Shown: positions 55,837 through 64,000 of the stretch, one piece after another
Layout of the letters: every line of letters begins with the position of its first letter
Position numbering within the stretch: the first letter of the stretch is position 1
IMG/VR virus record: IMGVR_UViG_3300044693_000247
Coordinates: 1 to 64,000 of that record
Reading direction: 5' to 3' (one strand)
From: a virus
Taxonomy: Duplodnaviria > Caudoviricetes
DNA length: 64,000 bases
Position numbers and translations under genes: made by a program
Notes under the pieces: generated by a model
Databases searched by the model: none
What the model was told of the DNA's origin: nothing
Seen by the model: the letters and a program-made list of their open reading frames with translations, nothing else

Positions 55837-56441
55837 ACGTCGACCTCATCAAGATCGATCCCGACGCCGCCAAGGCCAAGCTCCGCGCCTACCGCAAGGC
55901 GATAGCGGAGCGGCACCACTCCGAGACCGCGCGCGCAGCAACTGCCGAGTACGAGCAGATCGAGCAGGCGTACCGGGCGGCTGCCAGGGGGCTGGCGCTC
56001 ATCGAGCTGAGCAAGGCCATGGCGACAGGCGGATGGGACGAGCAGGGGAGGCCCAGGTTCGCGGTGTGGCGGGCGGACCAGAAACAGGTCTGCTGCCGGT
56101 TCGAATCCAGCCACGGCGTGCACTTCTACGGCGCTGGAACACGGTCGTACTATTCGCGCCGAACGCACTTTCGGTTTCGATCGATGCCGCCGCGTCCAGA
56201 GAAGTCGTCCTGGAATGGGTGGCGCGAGTTGACCGCGATCGTTCCAATGGTTCCGCCTGACGTTCTCCCGCGCCCGGATATCGACCTCTCCCGCCGCGTG
56301 ATCCTGTGGGAGGCCGACTGGCAGGATGCGCCCGTCGACCCGCTATTGCTGCTGCCGCTCGGCGGTAATCTCTACGCGGTCGAGGCTGCATGGGACCTGT
56401 CACCGCTGGAGCGTGCGGTGATATCGGGTCGGCGGCCATGA
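55833..56441 (+). CDS. Hypothetical protein
   Basis: IVPMVPP...LWEADW..PVDPLLL..LGGNLYAV.A.WDLSPLE. Confidence 0.75.
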   Translation: MNVDLIKIDPDAAKAKLRAYRKAIAERHHSETARAATAEYEQIEQAYRAAARGLALIELSKAMATGGWDEQGRPRFAVWRADQKQVCCRFESSHGVHFYGAGTRSYYSRRTHFRFRSMPPRPEKSSWNGWRELTAIVPMVPPDVLPRPDIDLSRRVILWEADWQDAPVDPLLLLPLGGNLYAVEAAWDLSPLERAVISGRRP

Positions 56442-56692
56442 AGATCACCATCACCATCACCAAGATGCCCGGCGATTACTTCGCCGAGGCGTTCATCCCT
56501 GGCACGTCGTCCCTGTGCTGCCCGTCCGCCACCGAGGAGGGAGCCGCAGCCCTGGCCGTGGAGCGGGCGCTCGAGGAGGTGCAGCGCCAGGTCAGGATCG
56601 GCAAGCTGCGGGTGGCTGCCGGCGAGACGCTGCTGATCGAGATCGAGCGGCGGACGACGGTGGACGAGTCGAGGCCGAAGGCCGCCCGATGA
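56438..56692 (+). CDS. HicB-like small protein
   Basis: YFAEAFIPG...SATEEGA...ERAL resembles the HicB N-terminal fold. Confidence 0.45.
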   Translation: MKITITITKMPGDYFAEAFIPGTSSLCCPSATEEGAAALAVERALEEVQRQVRIGKLRVAAGETLLIEIERRTTVDESRPKAAR

Positions 56693-57216
56693 ACGCCCGC
56701 GCCGTCCTCCTCCTGGCCGCGCTCTCCGGCTGCACACCCGCCGTTGCGTCTTCCGCCCCGCCGCTCGACGAGGTGTGCTTCTCGCCCGGGGGCCACTGCG
56801 CGGAGCGGGCCATCGCGCTCATCGACCACGCGCGGGCGATTCGCGCGATCGAATACGAGCTGACCGCGCCGGCCTTCCTCGCCGCCTTCGTCCGTGCCCA
56901 CGCCCGCGGAGCCGACGTTGCGCTCGTTCTCGACGGCCACCAACAACGCGCGTGCCGGGAGTTGGTGGCGGCCGGGGTGACGGTACTGTTGGACCACCAG
57001 CACGCGATCGCGCATGAGAAAGTGATCGTCCTCGACGGGAAGACCGTGATCAGCGGGAGCTACAACCTGTCGAGCGCTGCCGAGCGCAAGAACGCGGAGG
57101 ACATGTTGATTCGCACGAACCGGAAGATCGCAGCCGCGATGCTGGCCAACTACGAGGAGCACCGTGGGCACTCGGTCGGGTGCGACGTGGGAACGACGAC
57201 AGGAGATGGACGATGA
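56689..57216 (+). CDS. Phospholipase D superfamily (Nuc-like) nuclease with lipoprotein signal
   Basis: Single HxKxxxxD motif (HEKVIVLD) followed by GSYN; FSPGG; lipobox LSGC. Confidence 0.88.
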   Translation: MNARAVLLLAALSGCTPAVASSAPPLDEVCFSPGGHCAERAIALIDHARAIRAIEYELTAPAFLAAFVRAHARGADVALVLDGHQQRACRELVAAGVTVLLDHQHAIAHEKVIVLDGKTVISGSYNLSSAAERKNAEDMLIRTNRKIAAAMLANYEEHRGHSVGCDVGTTTGDGR

Positions 57217-58118
57217 GCGAGACGAAGGTTCGAGTGGGGCAGCGGTGGAAGCAAAATGGCTCCCCGGAAGCCTCATGTTTCATAGACTGCGCGTTCACAA
57301 TAACCGGGGTCTCAGACGGACGGGCGTCATACGTTTATGACGACGGGTTCGTTCCAGCCCCGCGACTGGTCGAGCAAATCATCAGTCGGTGCCGTCTCCT
57401 CTCCGACGCCCCCGATCAGAAGACGGAGCGGGACTGGTCGCGCTGGTTGCCGCCGGCCGACACCGAGGATTGCGGTATCCCGATGGCCGTCGGGCAGGTT
57501 AGAGCCTGGCGAGCCCATGGACGCGCGATCGTGTTCCGAGTGACGGTAGCCAACCCACTGGGCGGCGGGTCCGAAGTGCTCGCTGGGAGCGACCCCATCG
57601 ACAAACCAGGATGCTCGCGCGGATGGACGGGCGGCGCTGGCGTCCTCGTCTGCAATCCCGGCGAGGAGCCCCGCTCGCCTGAGGAGCTGTATGGGGTGGC
57701 GAAGTCTTCCAGGGTCGCGTCCGCTGGCGAACAGTCGGCGGCCGACGCCGTTGCAGCCCGCGCCGGCCGGGTGGAGAAAGCCGGCATTACTTCGTCGCCC
57801 CCGGCTGAGACCAAGCCCGCGCTGAAGAAGCACGACTTCAGCAACCCGTATGTCGTGCACGCATGGGTTAGCGTGTACGACCAAAGCAAGCACGTCGATC
57901 GCCTCTGCGTGGACTGCGGCAGCAGTGGGCCGCCGTCGTCGCCGTGCACGCCTCGCCCCGGATGGCGCGAGCGCTACGAGGCATCGCTGATTCCGGTGCC
58001 CCCGCCCGCCCCCACCCGCGTCCCCCGTCACCTCGACTACTCCACCGCCAGCCTCGAGGCCATCATGCGAGAGCTGTACGAGAGGTCGGGGTTTTGTCCG
58101 CCGAGGGGGAGGCGATGA
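57213..58118 (+). CDS. Hypothetical mosaic protein
   Basis: Coupled ORF. Confidence 0.55.
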   Translation: MSETKVRVGQRWKQNGSPEASCFIDCAFTITGVSDGRASYVYDDGFVPAPRLVEQIISRCRLLSDAPDQKTERDWSRWLPPADTEDCGIPMAVGQVRAWRAHGRAIVFRVTVANPLGGGSEVLAGSDPIDKPGCSRGWTGGAGVLVCNPGEEPRSPEELYGVAKSSRVASAGEQSAADAVAARAGRVEKAGITSSPPAETKPALKKHDFSNPYVVHAWVSVYDQSKHVDRLCVDCGSSGPPSSPCTPRPGWRERYEASLIPVPPPAPTRVPRHLDYSTASLEAIMRELYERSGFCPPRGRR

Positions 58119-58345
58119 GCATCGATTGGATGCGTGCGCGGGACTTCATCGACGAGGGCGATATGATGCCGCCCCCCGAACTGGTGAAGTCGTCACTCAA
58201 ACTCTGCCGATGCTGCCCGGAGTGCGCGCCGGATACGCCGCCGTGTCACGGGGCGCTGGTTAGCGGGCTCTGCGACCAGCAGCGATGTACCTGCAACGAC
58301 GACGCGCCGGACGACATGGATGACGACGAGGATTACGAGCCATGA
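58115..58345 (+). CDS. Small Cys-rich acidic protein
   Basis: CRCCPEC..PC.G...GLCD..C.C. Confidence 0.6.
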   Translation: MSIDWMRARDFIDEGDMMPPPELVKSSLKLCRCCPECAPDTPPCHGALVSGLCDQQRCTCNDDAPDDMDDDEDYEP

Positions 58346-58689
58346 AGACCCGCGCCGAGGCAATTCTGGGGATGGTGAAGGCGCTGCGTAAGATTCGCGA
58401 CGACCGTGTTGATTGCCTCATGGTCCCTGTCAGTCCGCTGACGTGGTGCCGACAGTGTGGCAATACGGTGCGCACTCACGCGGACCATGCAGCAGGGTTC
58501 CCGTGCGCCATCGCCTCCCAAGCTCTCCGCGACTGGGAAGAGAGCACGCCCCTGGAGCGGGATGCTGGCATCGTTTCGGAGGCGGTCCAGGCGGTTTGCG
58601 ACGGCGTCGCCTACCACCGTGTCGAATCGGGGATAGCGCTGTCCGTGGTTCGCATCGTCGACACCGCCCTCACGGAGCCCAAGCCATGA
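58342..58689 (+). CDS. Hypothetical protein
   Basis: CRQC...H..PC motif. Confidence 0.6.
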   Translation: MKTRAEAILGMVKALRKIRDDRVDCLMVPVSPLTWCRQCGNTVRTHADHAAGFPCAIASQALRDWEESTPLERDAGIVSEAVQAVCDGVAYHRVESGIALSVVRIVDTALTEPKP

Positions 58690-58865
58690 GCAAGCGCATA
58701 CCCAGGGACGCGGTCTTGGACGCAGTGGCAGAAGCTCTGGGCGTGGTTAATTGGGGGCGTGGCAATTCATTCGCTGGCGCGCTGGAGTATCGCCAGGCCC
58801 GTGCCGCAATCCGTGCGTATCTCCGGGCCACGGCGGTGGCCAAGAAGCGGAAGGAGCGAGGGTGA
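58686..58865 (+). CDS. Small hypothetical protein
   Basis: Coupled ORF. Confidence 0.5.
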   Translation: MSKRIPRDAVLDAVAEALGVVNWGRGNSFAGALEYRQARAAIRAYLRATAVAKKRKERG

Positions 58866-59323
58866 TGGACCACCGAGAGAGGGCGCGCGAGATTGCGTGC
58901 GAAATCATCAACCGCAACTGCGACGTGTGTCCCGATGTCGAGCACGCGCCACCATGCAACGCCGCTACCGCAGCCATCGCCGCCGCGCTAGAAGCGGTGG
59001 AGCGAGAGACGCGGTCGGATATCCTACTCATGGGCGAGCCGTTCTCGATGCCTGACGTCGTCGAGAAGCTCTGCGGAGCCGTCGACCATCTGCTCGGCGC
59101 GCACAACTGCGACTCCCACGGCTGGGAGGAGTTGCAAACCGCAGCGTGCGCCGCTAGGGCGTGGCTTCGGTGGATCAGGGCAGCCGCCCCTCCCGCACCA
59201 GTGCCCCGAGAGACGCAGGCGTGTGGTGCATGCCAGGGCAAGGGCAAGCGCCGCAAGATCGTGGCGCGCACGCAAATTCACGTCCTGTGCCCGCTGTGTA
59301 GAGGAACCGGGAGGAAGCCGTGA
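58865..59323 (+). CDS. Hypothetical protein with a C-terminal DnaJ-type Zn finger
   Basis: CGACQGKG and CPLCRGTG. Confidence 0.65.
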   Translation: MDHRERAREIACEIINRNCDVCPDVEHAPPCNAATAAIAAALEAVERETRSDILLMGEPFSMPDVVEKLCGAVDHLLGAHNCDSHGWEELQTAACAARAWLRWIRAAAPPAPVPRETQACGACQGKGKRRKIVARTQIHVLCPLCRGTGRKP

Positions 59324-59362
59324 CCACGCCCAAGATGCCGAACGCAGAAGACCCAGCAGGAG

Positions 59363-59722
59363 TTGAGCATGGCGTCAGCGCTCAGGCTAATTGAAGCCCG
59401 CGACCGCCAATGGCAGGAGCAACTCGACGCCGCCAACGAGCGCGCCCTCACCGCAGAGAAGGAGCTGGACGAGGCGCGCAAGGAGCGGGACCGGTTATTC
59501 GGCGACGTCATGAAGGCGTGCTCGCACTGCCTGAGCCTGGACCGCAAACTCGCCGCAGCCACCGAGAGAGAGCGGGTGCTCAGGGAGGCGCTGGAGCGGA
59601 TACGTGACCGGTGGCGCGGGTGTCAGCTGGTCTCGTGCGCAGAAGGCGGCGACCCATGCACATTTCACATGTCCGACCGCGCTCTCGCCGCCGCCACCAA
59701 AGCCGCCGAGGCGAAGCCATGA
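59363..59722 (+). CDS. Coiled-coil hypothetical protein
   Basis: RBS CAGGAG; heptad-rich sequence. Confidence 0.6.
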   Translation: MSMASALRLIEARDRQWQEQLDAANERALTAEKELDEARKERDRLFGDVMKACSHCLSLDRKLAAATERERVLREALERIRDRWRGCQLVSCAEGGDPCTFHMSDRALAAATKAAEAKP

Positions 59723-59910
59723 GAGTTCCCGACATCGACGTGGTCTCTTGCGACCGGTTACCCGATGACGAGTTCTACGTGGTGTCCGGAGACCGCATCG
59801 TGGCGTGGCGGAATGGCGAGGCAATCAAGCTGGAGGGCGCCGAGAAAGAGCGCGTGCGCCGCTGGCTGATCCGAGACGCCGAGGCGAAGCCGGGGAAGGA
59901 GACGCCGTAA
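59719..59910 (+). CDS. Small hypothetical protein
   Basis: Coupled ORF. Confidence 0.5.
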   Translation: MRVPDIDVVSCDRLPDDEFYVVSGDRIVAWRNGEAIKLEGAEKERVRRWLIRDAEAKPGKETP

Positions 59911-60383
59911 TGCCCGAAATGACGCCCCCGAAACGAATCCGCTGGCGCAACGGGATCTCTCGCGCCGAGGGGTTGATCGAGCAAGCGATCTGCGAACTGG
60001 ACCGCGCCCTAGAAGCCAATCCGGAGTCGGCCCACCAACCCGGAGAATCGAAGCAGTCCGAGTGTGACGCCCTTGCCGCTGAGTGCACGCGGGAGGCGAT
60101 CGGGACCTTGCGGGGCGCGATCGCGCTGCTGGCGAGCGCCGGGGACCACGAGAACTGGGAGCGCCGCAAGGACATCCGGAACGCGGAGTTCGCCACCGTG
60201 CAGGCGTTTCGAATCGCCTGCCCGAATCCGGAATGCCGGGCCGAGGTCGACAAGCCGTGCGCCGAGCACCCGATCGTGTGCGCGGTGCGGATCAAAGCCG
60301 CGCGCGCCGAGGCCGACAGGGCTCGCGAGGAGATGCGGGCAATTGCATGGGGCGGCCGCCGGCCGAAGATGGACACCGAATGA
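59910..60383 (+). CDS. Hypothetical Zn-finger protein (paralogue of 48882-49325)
   Basis: ESKQSECDALAA...AFRIACPNPEC...PCAEHPIVCAVR. Confidence 0.7.
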   Translation: MPEMTPPKRIRWRNGISRAEGLIEQAICELDRALEANPESAHQPGESKQSECDALAAECTREAIGTLRGAIALLASAGDHENWERRKDIRNAEFATVQAFRIACPNPECRAEVDKPCAEHPIVCAVRIKAARAEADRAREEMRAIAWGGRRPKMDTE

Positions 60384-61276
60384 CGCCCGCGTTCTCCGCC
60401 CCCGCCCGTCTCGCCCGCAAGGCTCGGATCATGTCCGTGGCCCCGTCGGACACCCTCGCCGCCTACCTGCGCAGCATCAAGCGCTACCCGCTGTTGAGCC
60501 GTGAGGAGGAGCGCGAGCTGACCACCCGCTACGCCGAGACCCGGGACCAGAAGATCGCCGACAGGCTCGTCAACGCCAACCTCCGCCTCGTGGTCACGAT
60601 CGTCGGAGAGCGTAACCGGAACCGCGAGGACATCCTGGACTTGATCCAGGAGGGCAACCTCGGACTCTATCACGCGGTCCGCAAGTTCGACCCGACCGTG
60701 GGTGCCAAGCTGAGCGTCTACGCCGTGCCTTGGATCCGGGCCTACGTGATGCGGTACTCGATGGAGAACCACCGCCTCATCCGGATCGGCACCACGAAGT
60801 GGCAGCGGGACGTCTTCTTCAACGCGAAGAAGGTCCGAGCGAAGACCGACGGCGACGAGGCCGTGGCCGCCGAGCTCGGCGTCACCGTGGAGCAGTTGCA
60901 GGATGCGGAGCAGAGGCTCGGAGCTTCCGAGGTGTCGATGTCGACCCGGGTGCTCGGCGAGGAGGAGGACGAACGGACGCTGGGCGACCGCCTGGCCGAC
61001 GCCGACGGCCGGCGCCCTGATCGGCTCGCCGAGCGCAGGGAGCGCGACCGCATCGTGCGCCAGGTGGTCGCGGAGCTGTTCGGAGCTTCGAGCCCGCGTG
61101 ACCGCGAGGTGATCCGAAAGCGCCTGCTGTCCGAGGACCCGCCGACGTTGCAGGAGATCGGGGACGGCTGGGGCACCTCGAGAGAGCGCGTGCGCCAGGT
61201 CGAGGCCCGTCTCGTGAAGCGGCTACGCGCGCACCTCAAGGCGGCGCTCGGGGACGCGGTGTCGGAGGCGGCGTGA
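60380..61276 (+). CDS. Sigma70-family RNA polymerase sigma factor, sigma32/RpoH-like
   Basis: Region 1.2 YLRSIKRYPLLSREEE; region 2 NLRLVV...DLIQEGNLGL; RpoH-box-like IGTTKWQRDVFFN; region 4 TLQEIG...SRERVRQVE. Confidence 0.93.
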   Translation: MTPAFSAPARLARKARIMSVAPSDTLAAYLRSIKRYPLLSREEERELTTRYAETRDQKIADRLVNANLRLVVTIVGERNRNREDILDLIQEGNLGLYHAVRKFDPTVGAKLSVYAVPWIRAYVMRYSMENHRLIRIGTTKWQRDVFFNAKKVRAKTDGDEAVAAELGVTVEQLQDAEQRLGASEVSMSTRVLGEEEDERTLGDRLADADGRRPDRLAERRERDRIVRQVVAELFGASSPRDREVIRKRLLSEDPPTLQEIGDGWGTSRERVRQVEARLVKRLRAHLKAALGDAVSEAA

Positions 61277-61393
61277 TCCGATCCTGACAGCGCGCTCGGC
61301 GCCGGCCGGACCAACCACACCGCTCAGACGTTAGGGGGACGACTGACGATGCAGACCATAGCGAAGGGGAAGGGTGCGCCCGCGGCGCGGGGC

Positions 61394-61579
61394 CTACGTG
61401 ATCTTGATTCCGTCGGCCTGAACGGCCCGGAACACCACGCGCCGGACGTAGCTGGACACGTCGGTCCTGTGCAGCTTGGCGGCCTCCTCGATCGCCACGC
61501 GCTCGCCAGCCGTCACCCGCACGCGGAGGTACTCCTCCCGCTTCGGGACCAGGCGTTTGCGCTTCCGGGGCCGCTTCAC
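61394..61579 (-). CDS. RHH (MobC-like) DNA-binding protein
   Basis: LRVRVTAGERVAIEEAAK...DVSSYVRR. Confidence 0.75.
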   Translation of the reverse strand: MKRPRKRKRLVPKREEYLRVRVTAGERVAIEEAAKLHRTDVSSYVRRVVFRAVQADGIKIT

Positions 61580-61836
61580 GCCGCGAGGCTACGGCTCGCG
61601 CCTGATGCCTCCAAAATCGCACCCCGGTTTGTACCCCGGGCGTACCCCACGTCTGATTACGACGCAGCGCGTGTATTGTACAAGAGCGAATTGGATCACC
61701 CGAAACGATCAATTCGCGCCAGATTTGGCGCATTCGGCGAACGGCGCGCTGCGATTCCGAAATTGCGCCCTAGGTTTGTAACCTAGAACCCGCTTCCAAG
61801 GGGCTTATTTGTCGCTGAAAATCAACGACCCTCCCG

Positions 61837-63096
61837 ATGTCGGCGCCCCCGGAGGTAGAGGATCTCCGCGCAAGCGTGACGACGCTGACGGCCGAAGCCG
61901 TCGAGCTGCGGCGAAGGGTGCGGGAGCTCGAGGGGCAGGCTGCAGATCGCAATGCGGCGATCGCGGAACGCGATGCGCAAATCGCTGCCAAAGACGCCAT
62001 CATCGTCGAGCGGGACCGGACGATCTGTGACCAGGCCAGGGCCCTCGAACGGGTGACGTCGGAGCTGAGATGGCACGGCCTCGACGACGAGGCGCTCAAG
62101 ATCGCGGAGGGCTATGCCTGGTACGAAAAGACGCGCCGGCACCACCACTCCTGGCCGATCTATCGGCGGCTGCTGGCCCCGCTGGTGCGTCGCCTCGGTC
62201 AGCTCGCATGCCTGCGTCTCGACGCCGAGGCGTGGTCGGACCACCGCTGCGCCAGGCTCGAGGAAAAGGTCGGGCGCTGGAGCGATCGCAAGCCGACGGA
62301 GACGCAACTCGATCACGAGCTGGGAGCCGCGAAGTCCATGATGAACTGGCTCGTGCGCGGCGGAAAGCTGCCCCGCAATCCGCTGGCCGCGACCGAGAAG
62401 GTCGGCGTCCCGCGCCGGCGCGAGACCCGGCTGTCACGTGCGGACGTCGATCGGATCCTGACCTACGCCGACACGCTGGCGCTCGACGGTCACGGCCACC
62501 GTGACGATCGCCGCCCGCTTCTCTTCCGGGCCTTCTACCTGGCGCTGTATCGAACAGGGTGCCGCTTCGAGGAGATCCACTCCCTGTCGCGGGCGTGGTT
62601 CGTCGACGACGATACCGTCGACATACCAAGACGAGTGACGAAGGCGAAGCGGAAGCGAGAGCCGCGGATCGTGACCTTCGAACCGGAGACCCTGGCGGCG
62701 CTGCGCGCGATCCCGCAGCTCGGCGAGGACCCGCGCGTGTTCACCGTCTCGCGGAAGAAAAATGGGATCGCGCTCGTCACCGACGAGACGCTACGCGACT
62801 GGTGGCGGAAGGTGTGCGCCAAGGCCGGAGTAGCCGCGAAGGCGGCACTGGGCGAAAAGGTGGTACCGCACAACCTAAGGCACGCATTCGCCAGCGACGC
62901 TGAGGATGCTGGAGCGCACCCGCGAGAGATCCAGCACGGCATGGACCACGCCAGCCTGACCACCACGGAGTTGTACCTCCACCGCCGTCCGGCGCAGCGA
63001 GCACGGCTCTTGGCCGAGACGATGGGCCGACGACCAGCGCAGCGATCTCCGACGGAGAAATCAAAAATCGAGCAACCTGCGCACGAAAGTTCTTGA
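61837..63096 (+). CDS. Tyrosine recombinase/integrase with an N-terminal coiled coil
   Basis: Catalytic residues R (TGCRFEE), K (TKAK), HxxR (HNLRH), H and Y (DHASLTTTELY). Confidence 0.92.
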   Translation: MSAPPEVEDLRASVTTLTAEAVELRRRVRELEGQAADRNAAIAERDAQIAAKDAIIVERDRTICDQARALERVTSELRWHGLDDEALKIAEGYAWYEKTRRHHHSWPIYRRLLAPLVRRLGQLACLRLDAEAWSDHRCARLEEKVGRWSDRKPTETQLDHELGAAKSMMNWLVRGGKLPRNPLAATEKVGVPRRRETRLSRADVDRILTYADTLALDGHGHRDDRRPLLFRAFYLALYRTGCRFEEIHSLSRAWFVDDDTVDIPRRVTKAKRKREPRIVTFEPETLAALRAIPQLGEDPRVFTVSRKKNGIALVTDETLRDWWRKVCAKAGVAAKAALGEKVVPHNLRHAFASDAEDAGAHPREIQHGMDHASLTTTELYLHRRPAQRARLLAETMGRRPAQRSPTEKSKIEQPAHESS

Positions 63097-63121
63097 CTGC
63101 AAGCACATGCGGAGCGAAACA

Positions 63122-63305
63122 CATGGTACCCCCCACGTGAAAACCCCGCTCGACAGCCGCGAGCTCCCGACTAGTTCCGTTCCAGCCGACCGCGTGGGGG
63201 GCCATGACGGCAAGCAGAACGCTGCTCGCCGGGAGCTTGGGGCCTTCGAGCTGTAGCCTGAGGTTGCGATGAAATCTGCCAGACGTCCCAGTTTTCGCAG
63301 ATCAC
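63122..63305 (+). ncRNA. Candidate structured RNA or att-associated inverted-repeat region
   Basis: Long stem 63122-63137/63193-63206; crossing stem 63161-63169/63230-63238; further hairpins. Confidence 0.3.
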
Positions 63306-63345
63306 GAGGGCGGAATCGTAGCACCTGCCCATCCCCGGTGCAGGG

Positions 63346-63753
63346 GTGACCGCCCCCGTCGACCCCTCCACCCTCCCCGCCTCCGAGCGGGCGAGGATCG
63401 TGGGTGAGAGGATCAGGGAGGCGGTAGCGCGAGGGGAACTCCGCCTGGAGCACGGCGGGTACCTCTACGAAGACGTCCGGCAGCCGGATGTCTGCATGGG
63501 CTGTGCGATAGGCGCCGCTGCACGAGTTCTCGGGAACCTGCGCGAGTGCAATAGCAGCAAGGCGTGTCGGGCGGCGGTATGCGGATCCGGTCTTGTGACC
63601 GAGCAGGAGGCCATCGAACTCGAGTGCGGATTCGAGGGCTGGCACGGGATGTACCCCGAGCCCGCCAACCTGTCCGTCGAGATGACGGAGGCCGATACGT
63701 CCAGCCCCTTCTACCTGCTCGGTGCCGCCCTTCGCGCGGAGGCCCGACTGTGA
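63346..63753 (+). CDS. Hypothetical protein
   Basis: GCAIGAA...CGFEGW. Confidence 0.65.
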   Translation: MTAPVDPSTLPASERARIVGERIREAVARGELRLEHGGYLYEDVRQPDVCMGCAIGAAARVLGNLRECNSSKACRAAVCGSGLVTEQEAIELECGFEGWHGMYPEPANLSVEMTEADTSSPFYLLGAALRAEARL

Positions 63754-64000
63754 CGGCTCTCGCGCAAACCCTCGACCCCGAGGAGATCCGAGCCGCAATC
63801 GCCGAGGTGAAGGCGGACGGGTGGTCGGTGGAGCGGGGCTGGTGGGCCGGGATCTACCGCGGCGAACGGAAGTGCTGCCCCGTCGGAGCTGCGGTCATCG
63901 TTCGGGCGAAGCGGGACGGCCGTGCAATTCCCGGCGCCGTTCTGGATTCGGATCACGCCGCACGTCTGCTCGGCGTCGACAAGGAGTTCCTTCAGGGATT
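63750..64000 (+). CDS. Hypothetical protein, truncated by the window end (not in the ORF track)
   Basis: GTG 63750 frame open to the end: ...IRAAIAEVKADGW...KCCPVGAA...AARLLGVDKEFLQG. Confidence 0.65.
   Translation, partial: MTALAQTLDPEEIRAAIAEVKADGWSVERGWWAGIYRGERKCCPVGAAVIVRAKRDGRAIPGAVLDSDHAARLLGVDKEFLQG

Larger units (their letters stand above)
1..64000. mobile_element. Temperate contractile-tailed bacteriophage/prophage (Caudoviricetes), probable Myxococcota host; both ends truncated by the window
   Basis: Complete terminase-head-neck-sheath-baseplate module, endolysin, recombination genes and tyrosine integrase; no host core genes. Host is inferred from myxobacterial-style lipoproteins and sigma factor. 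Confidence 0.95.

Noticed and set aside
63240-63345. tRNA gene near the integrase
   Set aside because: No cloverleaf with a T-loop GTTCRA or a D-loop consensus could be built.

Overview
The whole 64 kb window is a high-GC, temperate, contractile-tailed (myovirus-type) phage or prophage. No bacterial housekeeping genes are visible. The host is most likely Myxococcota (Polyangia-like), inferred from the Gly/Ser/Asp-rich Cys-rich lipoproteins, a PEGA-protein-like membrane tail and an RpoH-box sigma factor. Layout: (1) 27-6363, glycan/virion accessory cluster (DUF4038/GH140-like hydrolase, LamG, Pro-rich repeat protein, BppU-like, putative glycosyltransferase, FkbM methyltransferase). (2) 6696-27773, terminase, head (DUF1073 portal, gp7, DUF2213, DUF2184 capsid), neck, sheath/tube, tape measure, baseplate and tail fibre; the portal gene is inverted relative to the rest. 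(3) 27770-36814, morons, a large tail fibre, RuvC and small genes. (4) 36898-45333, accessory operons, endolysin, acyltransferase and a probable truncated Cas12m/TnpB-like remnant. (5) 45465-61276, early genes including a YqaJ recombinase, ParB-like protein, PLD nuclease and sigma factor. (6) 61394-64000, RHH protein, tyrosine integrase, a structured intergenic region and small genes. All protein identities come from motif recognition by eye, not from database searches. The strongest leads are the inverted portal with its own divergent promoter and HTH gene, a structured intergenic repeat with a compensatory-swapped hairpin, the Cas12m-like N-terminal fragment, the sigma32-like factor, a pseudoknot-capable region after the integrase, and a -1 frameshift in the tail chaperone. 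No CRISPR array, tRNA, reverse transcriptase, DNA polymerase or primase/helicase was seen.
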